Assembly: GCA_035472155.1 (NCBI GenBank)
Contig: DATIPJ010000260.1
Coordinates: 1 to 47,089, forward strand
DNA: 47,089 nucleotides
Direction: 5' to 3'
Source: Kofleriaceae bacterium
GTDB taxonomy: Bacteria > Myxococcota_A > Polyangia > Haliangiales > Haliangiaceae
Of this stretch, positions 1 through 6,738 are shown one piece after another. Position 1 is the first letter of the stretch. Each line of letters starts with the position of its first letter. The notes under the pieces were generated by a model. The model did not search any database, was not told the origin of the DNA, and saw only the letters and a program-made list of their open reading frames with translations. The translations under genes and the position numbers were made by a program.

Positions 1-387
1 GTAGAACAGCCCCGCGGACAGCAGGGCGAGCGCCTCGGCGGTGCGCACCGTCGACGCATTGGTGCGCGGCAGCAGCGCGAGCGCGATCCCGGCGAGCGCG
101 CCCACGCCGACCGCGATCGGCGCGAGCGCGACCTTGACCGAATCCCCACCGCCCTTGAAGCCGCTGGTCACCGCGGCGACCAGGCTCGAGACGCCATCGG
201 CTGCGATGGCGAGCGACATCAGCGCGAGCCCGTACAGGAGGACCTTGAGCTCGACCTGCGTGTCGTCCTTGCTGGCACTGGTGGCGCGAAACCGATCGAG
301 CGTGATGACGATGAGCGCGAGGAACGCATACCCCACGGCAAAGCCGACGCCGCCGATCACGGTGCTGGAGCCAAAAACACGTTCCAT
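1..387 (-). CDS. membrane protein, N-terminal part (gene runs off the left edge)
   Basis: Minus-strand frame opens at ATG 387-385 and stays open to position 1. It is absent from the ORF track because no stop lies in the window. My translation is MERVFGSSTVIGGVGFAVGYAFLALIVITLDRF...LKVLLYGLALMSLAIAADG...VALAPIAVGVGALAGIALALL. It shows about three hydrophobic helices and GC-rich third codon positions. Confidence 0.5.
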   Translation of the reverse strand, partial: MERVFGSSTVIGGVGFAVGYAFLALIVITLDRFRATSASKDDTQVELKVLLYGLALMSLAIAADGVSSLVAAVTSGFKGGGDSVKVALAPIAVGVGALAGIALALLPRTNASTVRTAEALALLSAGLFY

Positions 388-452
388 GGATACCTACCTG
401 TCGGTCGAGGGTAGGCCAGTCCTCGACCGCGCTCAACGCCATTCCTGCTACG

Positions 453-1325
453 TCAGCCGGAGGCCAGCTCGGCCTCGATCGCCGCCTCGCCCTCGCGGAA
501 CGACGGGTAGCGCAGCTCGATCCCGAGCTCCTGCTTCATGCGCGCGTTGCGGATGCGGCGGTTGCGATGCGCGACGCGCGCCTTACCGGGCTCGATGATC
601 TGGCGCGACGGCGGCATCGCGACGCCCATCCGCTCGCTCAACCACGCGGCGTACTGGCCCTGCGTGGTCGGCTCGTCGTCGGCGACCAGGTAGCGCGCGC
701 GCGCCGGGGCGCGCTCCTCGGCGGCGAACACCACGCGCGCGATGTCGTCGACGTGGATCCGCGAGGTCACGTGCTGACCGTCGTCGAGGATCCGGTAGTC
801 GCCCTTGGCGATGCGCTGGCGCACGCCGCGGCCCGGGCCATAGACCGGCGCGAGCCGCAGGATCACCGTTCGCAGCCGATAGAACTGGCAGTTGTCGATC
901 TCGTTCTCGTCGGCCTGCACGCCGTGCATCGGCGCATCGTCGATCACGATCGGGGTGTCCTCGTCGACCCAGGTCTCGTCGTCGGGCGCGCTGCCGTACA
1001 GCCCCGCCGACGAAAAGTAGATGAAGCACCCGGCGCCCGCGCCGTACGCGGCCTGGAGCGCCGCGCGCATCGTCTGACCCGGCGGCAACGGGGTCAGCGG
1101 CGGGATCGAATACACGACGGTCGCACCGGCGAGCCCGCTGATCGTGGGCGCGATCTGCTTGGGGACCGCGGCGTCGAGAAACTTGACCTGGGCGCCGAGT
1201 GGCGCGAGCGCGGACAGTCTTCCCGTCGAGCGCCCGGCGACGCGCACGGTTCGGCCTTCGGCGAGCGCGGTGCGGGCGAGGCGCGTTCCGACGTAGCCGC
1301 AGCCGAGGATGATGAGCGGGACCAT
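453..1325 (-). CDS. NAD-dependent epimerase/dehydratase (extended SDR) family protein
   Basis: 290-aa ORF with an N-terminal Rossmann glycine motif (ILGCGYVGTRLA). Length and overall pattern fit extended SDRs, and composition is normal, unlike the overlapping Arg-rich frames. Confidence 0.75.
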   Translation of the reverse strand: MVPLIILGCGYVGTRLARTALAEGRTVRVAGRSTGRLSALAPLGAQVKFLDAAVPKQIAPTISGLAGATVVYSIPPLTPLPPGQTMRAALQAAYGAGAGCFIYFSSAGLYGSAPDDETWVDEDTPIVIDDAPMHGVQADENEIDNCQFYRLRTVILRLAPVYGPGRGVRQRIAKGDYRILDDGQHVTSRIHVDDIARVVFAAEERAPARARYLVADDEPTTQGQYAAWLSERMGVAMPPSRQIIEPGKARVAHRNRRIRNARMKQELGIELRYPSFREGEAAIEAELASG

Positions 1326-1911
1326 GCGGCCATTGTCCCACAGAGCTGCCGCAATAACGGAATCGCAAGCGCGGCCACGATAGTTTCAGCCCGACCGTTC
1401 TCCTTGCCGAGGCGATCCGCCTCGCGATCTGGCCTGCCCTGACATGCCCACATCGAGGGGCGCGCTCGATGTCTCGGGCCTGTCAGCCCCAGCTTTCCTG
1501 TACTGCATTCAGACCCTCAAAAAGCAGATACACGAACGTAGTCCGCACTTCAGTGTTCGGCGGCACGCGGCGCGCGATGTCAAAAATCCACGACGGCGCG
1601 GACCACTGGTGACGATTGTCCGCAGTGGCGCAATGTGCTCATCACACTCGATTTGCGGCGGCGTTTGCTACGCAAAGAATTGCGGTTCATCACGCGTGCG
1701 CCCGACGGTGGCAGCATCTCAAAAACCCATCACTGGCACTCCTGCACTCTGAGGGTGTCCTCAGAATTTCAACGTTGCACTGCTGTGCAAATTCTTGTTT
1801 CCTCCTTTTGTCGCCAGCAAAACCCGCAGGCGACCGGGTGTACCGAGAAGGCAGCTCGGCCGAGCTGGCTTGTGCTGCAAGACTCTCATTCCTGTTCGAG
1901 GAGGATCTGCG

Positions 1912-3279
1912 ATGAAACGATACCTATGGACTGTGGCAACAAGCTCGCTCGCGCTGTCGGCGATCGCCGGCTGTGTGGAGCAGGCCGATGCCGAGCCGGA
2001 GACCGTCGCTGCGACCAGCCAGGCCGTGACCGCGGTCGGCTCGGCGCTGCCGGGAACCGACCCGGTGAGGTTCGCCGAGGCGCTCGAGAACTTCAACGCC
2101 GTCGAGGAGTCCGAGGACGGCCTCGGCCCGCTGTTCAACGAGCGCGCCTGCGGCAACTGCCACAACATCCCCGTGCCGGGTGGCTCGGGTGTCCAGATCG
2201 AGCGCCGGTTCGGTAGCTTCGAGAACGGCGCATTCTACGGCTACGACCAGGCCCGCGACAACGAGGGCGGCACGCTGCGCCAGCTGTTCTCGAATGGCGC
2301 GTATCAGAATGGCAATGTCTCGTGCAACATCCCGGTCGAGCACGAGCCCGCGGATGCCAACATCCACAACGTCGGCCGCCGCTCGCTGCCGCTGTTCGGC
2401 CTCGGCCTGATCGACGCGATGCCCGACGGCTTCTTCGACTTCCTCGCGGCGATCGAGCCGGCGGGCACGCGCGGCATCGTGCTGCGCCGCAAGTCGGACT
2501 TCCCGGACGCGCGCGATCCGGGCCAGTCGCTGACCCGGACCCGCGTGCAGCGCTTCGGCATCAAGAACCAGCAGACCAACCTCGTCTCGTTCTCCGGCGA
2601 CGCGTACATCAACGAGATGGGAATCACCACGCAGAGCTGCTTCAAGGGCACGCCGATCCTCGCGTTCGCGAACGAGAACCTGCCCAACGGCGTCGCGATC
2701 AAGGCCGGCTGCAACGGCGGCGACCTCGCGCCGGCCAACGCGCCCGGCAACCCGAACATCCCGGAGTTCACCGATGACACCGTCGGCAGCTGCGCCGGCG
2801 GTCTCTCGGAGGTCCAGGAGGACATGGAGAACTTCCGGTTCTTCATGGAGCACCTCGCGCCCCCGCCGCAGGACTTCTCGGATCCGATCGGCGCGGCGAT
2901 CGGCGCCGTCGTGTTCGTCGCCAGCGGCTGCGCGGACTGCCACACGGCGCTTCCGTTCGTGACCCCGTCGGCCCCGTTCAACGGCGTGCCCGGCAACTTC
3001 GTGTTCTTCCCGTTCTCGGACTTCCTGGTCCACGACATGGGCTCGCTCGGCGACCGCATCGGCAGCACCGGTGACAGCCTCGCGCAGACGCGGCTGATGC
3101 GTACCTCGCCGCTGTGGGGCGCTCGGTTCAACACCCAGCTGCTGCACGACGGCCGCGCCCACTCGGTCCGCGAGGCGATCCTCGCCCACGACGGCCAGGG
3201 CAAGGCGGCGCGCGACAAGTTCGCGGCGCTCAGCGGCTCGGACCAGGGCTTCCTCCTGAAGTTCGTCAACTCGCTCTAG
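1912..3279 (+). CDS. di-heme cytochrome c oxidoreductase/peroxidase-like lipoprotein (DUF1111-type)
   Basis: Frame of track ORF 1795..3279. I place the start at ATG 1912, with GAGGAGG at 1898-1904. The lipoprotein signal is MKRYLWTVATSSLALSAIAGC. Two CXXCH heme motifs are present (FNERACGNCH and ASGCADCH), about 455 aa, as in DUF1111 di-heme enzymes. Confidence 0.8.
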   Translation: MKRYLWTVATSSLALSAIAGCVEQADAEPETVAATSQAVTAVGSALPGTDPVRFAEALENFNAVEESEDGLGPLFNERACGNCHNIPVPGGSGVQIERRFGSFENGAFYGYDQARDNEGGTLRQLFSNGAYQNGNVSCNIPVEHEPADANIHNVGRRSLPLFGLGLIDAMPDGFFDFLAAIEPAGTRGIVLRRKSDFPDARDPGQSLTRTRVQRFGIKNQQTNLVSFSGDAYINEMGITTQSCFKGTPILAFANENLPNGVAIKAGCNGGDLAPANAPGNPNIPEFTDDTVGSCAGGLSEVQEDMENFRFFMEHLAPPPQDFSDPIGAAIGAVVFVASGCADCHTALPFVTPSAPFNGVPGNFVFFPFSDFLVHDMGSLGDRIGSTGDSLAQTRLMRTSPLWGARFNTQLLHDGRAHSVREAILAHDGQGKAARDKFAALSGSDQGFLLKFVNSL

Positions 3280-3341
3280 GCCGGTCCCTTTTTGCGGCGC
3301 CGGTGGTCGCGTCTCTTGCGATCGCCGGCGCCGCCGGTATT

Positions 3342-3497
3342 TCAGCGATCGAACTTCTTCTTGATTCCGTAACTCTGGATCTTGTGGACGAGAGTACGGA
3401 GTGGCAGACCGAGCGCCTTGGCGGCCTCGGTCTGATTGCCGTTGTGCTTCTGCAGCGTGCGCAGGATGAGATCGGTCTCGTAGCGCCGCCGCGGTGA
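3342..3497 (-). pseudogene. remnant: C-terminal Fis-type HTH of a sigma-54-dependent (NtrC-family) activator, lacking the AAA+ domain and any start codon
   Basis: Hand translation of the minus strand gives SPRRRYETDLILRTLQKHNGNQTEAAKALGLPLRTLVHKIQSYGIKKKFDR, with the stop at 3344-3342. This is a textbook Fis/NtrC-type HTH tail. The in-frame upstream sequence is Arg/Ser junk with no ATG, GTG or TTG for more than 50 codons, and it runs into the TetR gene. Confidence 0.55.
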
Positions 3498-3600
3498 TAG
3501 GCCACGAGCGTGGTCAGAAGCTGCGCGCCACGCTCGCCGCCTACCAGGGCGTGTTCGGCCTGTTCGCGATCGCGATGGGCTCGATGTGCATCGTCTGGCT

Positions 3601-4170
3601 CTACGTTCTCTGAGCGCGCTCGAGCGCGCGGATGAGGGTCTCGAGCCCGAACTTGAACGACGCCTCGAGGTCGCCGCCGAGGCGGAACGCGCCGGCGATC
3701 TCCATGGCGACGAAGCCGTGCAGCCACGCGGTCACCAGGCGCGCTGCCGCGAGGACGTGGTCGGGGTCGACCATACCCGCGAGCCGCTCGAGCAACGGCG
3801 CAGCGGCGGCGGCCCTCGCGTCGACCGATGGCCCCGCCGTGCGGCCGCGGTCGACGAACAGCAACGCGTAGCCGTGCGGCGATCGGCGGGCGAATGCGCG
3901 ATAGGCGCGCGCCATGGCCGCCAGCGCCGCGCGGGGAGATGCGCCGCGGTTCGCGGCAGCGATCGCCGCCTGGAGGTCCTCCGCGACCGCCTCGGCCACC
4001 GCATCGAGCAGGGCGTCGCGGTCCGGGAATCGCTTGTAGAGCGATGGCGCGCGCACCCCGACCGCCTCGGCAACCGCCTGCATCGATACGCCGGGGATGC
4101 CGCCGCGCTCGAGCTGCTTGCGCGCGGCGTGGACGACAGCCTCGTCGGAGGTCTTCGCGATCGCGGGCAT
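3601..4170 (-). CDS. TetR/AcrR family transcriptional regulator
   Basis: 189 aa with an N-terminal TetR HTH (VSMQAVAEAVGVRAPSLYKRFPDRDALL) and a helical C-terminal ligand domain. Its start lies 1 nt from the stop of the upstream DUF4260 gene, which implies an operon. Confidence 0.85.
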   Translation of the reverse strand: MPAIAKTSDEAVVHAARKQLERGGIPGVSMQAVAEAVGVRAPSLYKRFPDRDALLDAVAEAVAEDLQAAIAAANRGASPRAALAAMARAYRAFARRSPHGYALLFVDRGRTAGPSVDARAAAAAPLLERLAGMVDPDHVLAAARLVTAWLHGFVAMEIAGAFRLGGDLEASFKFGLETLIRALERAQRT

Positions 4171-4171
4171 C

Positions 4172-4612
4172 TCAGGCGGCGACCGCGGGGCGCTGCCCGC
4201 GGCCCTGGCGGAGGTGGGTGTCGCCTGCGGCGGTCGCGTACTTGAGCCCGTAGCCGACCGCGCGGTCGAGCGAGCAGTGCGCGAGCCAGATCAGCGCGTA
4301 CGGCAGCACGGCGGCAGATCCGAGCAGGCCGATCGCGGCGAGGGCGAGCGGTCCGGCATAGCTATGGACCGTGTTGTAAGCGGCCGCCCCGGCGCGCGGG
4401 CCGAGCACGTAGCCGAGCAAGGCCAGGTCCGGCACCAGGAACAGTGCGCCAAACGTTGCCCAGCTCGCGCCGGTATGGCGGTACAGCACCAGCGTCACCG
4501 CCAGCGCCACCGCGGCCTCGACGTGAAGCCAGATCCGCACCCCGCCCCGGACGGCCGGAGAGCGGAACGAGGACGAGATGGCGGAACCGGGTGCGAGATC
4601 GGTGGATGACAT
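4172..4612 (-). CDS. DUF4260-type small integral membrane protein
   Basis: 146 aa with motifs typical of DUF4260: LVPDLALLGYVLGPRAGAAAYNTVHSYAGP and WLAHCSLDRAVGYGLKY...DTHL. An AAGGAGG RBS lies just upstream of ATG 4612. Confidence 0.7.
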   Translation of the reverse strand: MSSTDLAPGSAISSSFRSPAVRGGVRIWLHVEAAVALAVTLVLYRHTGASWATFGALFLVPDLALLGYVLGPRAGAAAYNTVHSYAGPLALAAIGLLGSAAVLPYALIWLAHCSLDRAVGYGLKYATAAGDTHLRQGRGQRPAVAA

Positions 4613-4625
4613 GGGCGGCCTCCTT

Positions 4626-4664
4626 GGCTACATAGCGTAGCCTTGAAGGCTACGCTATGTAGCC
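4626..4664. promoter_or_regulatory. perfect 17-bp inverted repeat (nested palindromes), putative TetR operator in the DUF4260-TetR leader
   Basis: GGCTACATAGCGTAGCC (4626-4642), TTGAA, GGCTACGCTATGTAGCC (4648-4664). The arms are exact reverse complements. Each arm is itself GGCTAC-N5-GTAGCC. The repeat lies 14 bp upstream of the DUF4260 start and about 50 bp downstream of the LysR stop. Confidence 0.5.
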
Positions 4665-4715
4665 TTTCGATCCGTGGCAAGCCCGTTTCGCGAGATTTTC
4701 GCTTCGCGGCTGCGC

Positions 4716-5642
4716 TCAGGCGGCGAGCCGGGCGCGGGGGACGGTGTGCTCGAGGGCGCCGCACAGGCGCGGGATGGCGGCCGCGGCGTCGGGGCGCCAG
4801 GCGATCCGCCAGGGCCGGTGAAGCGGCCCCGTGGCGAGCCGCCGGGCGACCAGGTCGCCGCGGCCCAGGTGGGGGGCGGCGATCCACTCCGAGAGGATCG
4901 CCACGCCCATGCCGGCGCGCGCGACGTCGATGATCGCCTCGGTCAGCGGGAAGCGCTCGAGCCGCAGCTTGGGTCGGGCGCGCCCGAACACGGCGGTCAT
5001 GAACCAGCGCTGCTCGTCGAGCGGCACGGGCGAGGTTAGCAGGGTGGCCGAGCGCAGATCGGCCGCGGTCAGTTGCTTCCGGGCGGCGAGGCGGTGCGAG
5101 GCCGCCATCACGAACACGACCTCGTCGGAGAACAGCGCGCGCTCGGCGAGCTGCGGCGGCACGGCCGCGGTGGTGAGCAGGGCGATGTCGATCTTGCCGG
5201 CGGCCAGCGCGGCGATCGGCTCGCGCGTGTGCTCGACGGCGAGCGCGATGTCGAGGTCGGGCAGCAGCTCGCGCAGGCGGCTGAGCGCGGTCGGCAGCCA
5301 GTGGTACGCCGTGTAGCACTCGCAGACCAGCCGCAGGCGCGGAGGGAGCGCCGCGGGGGTGCGCACGCGGAGCTCGAGGTCATCGAGCTCGCCGAGCAGG
5401 CGGGTCGCACCATCGATCAGGAGCGCACCCGCGGGCGTCGGAACCAGCCCGCGCGCCGTGCGATCGAACAGCCGCGCACCGAGCCGCTCCTCGGCGGCGA
5501 GCAGCGCGCGGCTGACCGCCGGCTGCGTCAGGTGGAGCACATCGGAGGCGCGCGCGGTGGTGCCGACCGAGGCCAGCGCGAGCACCACGCGGAGATCGCG
5601 AATCTCGAGCCGCGGCGCGGGGAGGGTCCCTATGAGCTGCAC
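4716..5642 (-). CDS. LysR family transcriptional regulator
   Basis: 308 aa with an N-terminal LysR HTH (LRVVLALASVGTTARASDVLHLTQPAVSRALLAAEERLGARLFDR) and a periplasmic-binding-protein-like C-terminal domain. It is divergent from the GST gene, the classic LysR arrangement. Confidence 0.9.
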   Translation of the reverse strand: MQLIGTLPAPRLEIRDLRVVLALASVGTTARASDVLHLTQPAVSRALLAAEERLGARLFDRTARGLVPTPAGALLIDGATRLLGELDDLELRVRTPAALPPRLRLVCECYTAYHWLPTALSRLRELLPDLDIALAVEHTREPIAALAAGKIDIALLTTAAVPPQLAERALFSDEVVFVMAASHRLAARKQLTAADLRSATLLTSPVPLDEQRWFMTAVFGRARPKLRLERFPLTEAIIDVARAGMGVAILSEWIAAPHLGRGDLVARRLATGPLHRPWRIAWRPDAAAAIPRLCGALEHTVPRARLAA

Positions 5643-5725
5643 GCATCGAATGTATGTTATCTATGCGTTGGACGCATCCCCGATCCATCCGCAGAGTAGG
5701 GCGCAGTTCCCACAAGGAGATCGCG

Positions 5726-6403
5726 ATGCAGCTCTACTTCTCTCCCCTGGCCTGCTCGATGGCGACCCGGATCGCGCTGTATGAGGCGGGCGCCGACGCC
5801 GCGTACATCGAGGTCGATCCAAAGACGAAGCTCACCCTGGACGGCGCTGACTACCGCAAGGTCCACCCGCTCGGGCTCGTGCCCGCACTGCGCACCGACG
5901 ACGGCGAGCTGGTGACCGAAAATGCGGCAGTCTTGCAATATCTGGTGCGACGGTTTCCTGAGGCCAGGCTCGGTCCCTCCGAAGGACTGCCGTACGCCCG
6001 ACTACAGCAATGGCTGTGCTTTATCGGGACTGAGCTTCACAAGGGGACGTTTGCCCCGCTGCTGGATCGGGCTGCGCCCGAGGCGGTGAAGACCTACACC
6101 CTCGAAAGATCGCGATCTCGGCTCGCCTACCTGAGCGAACACCTCGCAAATCGCGAGTACCTGCTCGCAAGCCCCGGCTCCAGCGCTCCCGGAGGGAGTG
6201 CGGAGTTGATCGATCAGTTCAGCGTTGCCGACGCCTACCTCGTGACGGTGCTCAACTGGACCCTCGCAGTACCGATCGCGCTGAAGGATTGGCCTGCGCT
6301 CGACGCCTACGTTGGCAGACTTCGCTCACGGGCAAGCGTCGCGAAGGCGATGCGGGAGGAGCAACAGCTCTACGCGGCGGAGGTGGCGCGCCATCGCGCG
6401 TGA
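5726..6403 (+). CDS. glutathione S-transferase, beta-class-like
   Basis: Frame of track ORF 5654..6403, started at ATG 5726 with AAGGAGA at 5714-5720. The N-terminus MQLYFSPLACSMATRIALYEAG...HPLGLVPAL...LTENAAVLQYL resembles bacterial GstA-type GSTs, including the ACS active-site region. DQFSVADAYL lies in the C-terminal domain, preceded by an extra Ser/Gly/Pro-rich segment. Confidence 0.8.
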   Translation: MQLYFSPLACSMATRIALYEAGADAAYIEVDPKTKLTLDGADYRKVHPLGLVPALRTDDGELVTENAAVLQYLVRRFPEARLGPSEGLPYARLQQWLCFIGTELHKGTFAPLLDRAAPEAVKTYTLERSRSRLAYLSEHLANREYLLASPGSSAPGGSAELIDQFSVADAYLVTVLNWTLAVPIALKDWPALDAYVGRLRSRASVAKAMREEQQLYAAEVARHRA

Positions 6404-6489
6404 ATGACGATGTGGACCGGCACATCGGCTGTCGCGCGCCGCGCACCTCGGTTAGAATCCGGCCCGGATCCTCATTGAAATGGAGCGAG

Positions 6490-6696
6490 ATGGCCAACGC
6501 CGATAAGAGGAAGCAGTCCTTGTACTTTCCAGAGGACATGCTCAAGGAAATCCAGCACGAGGCGCAGCGCCTCGATCGTTCATTGTCCTGGATCGTCCAG
6601 CAGGGGTGGAAGCTGGCGCGTGAAAGGCTCAAAGCGTTCCCGGCGAGCAATGACGACCCCGATGTGCTGCCGGATCCGCGCGAGGAGACCGTCTAG
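6490..6696 (+). CDS. small ribbon-helix-helix (CopG/Arc-like) DNA-binding protein
   Basis: Frame of track ORF 6289..6696, started at ATG 6490. The 68-aa product is MANADKRKQSLYFPEDMLKEIQHEAQRLDRSLSWIVQQGWKLA. It shows the RHH pattern of a beta strand followed by two helices. Small RHH proteins like this are common in myxobacteria. Confidence 0.65.
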   Translation: MANADKRKQSLYFPEDMLKEIQHEAQRLDRSLSWIVQQGWKLARERLKAFPASNDDPDVLPDPREETV

Positions 6697-6738
6697 GCGA
6701 GCGAATGCGACCCGTCAGCACGGGGCGTTGAGGATCGA

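Noticed and set aside
1734-1746. Possible sigma-54 promoter (TGGCAC) upstream of the DUF1111 gene
   Set aside because: The GG and the next GC are separated by 7 nt, not the required 10 (TGGCAC-N5-TTGC), so it does not fit the -24/-12 geometry.
3494-3613. 39-codon GTG-initiated plus-strand ORF ending in a clean TM-like helix
   Set aside because: It has no Shine-Dalgarno sequence and overlaps the HTH remnant. I mention it only as a possible second remnant, with insufficient support to call a gene.
6490-6696. RHH protein as the antitoxin of a toxin-antitoxin pair
   Set aside because: No toxin-like ORF (ParE, RelE, PIN, etc.) is adjacent or overlapping on either side, so it appears to be a stand-alone RHH regulator.
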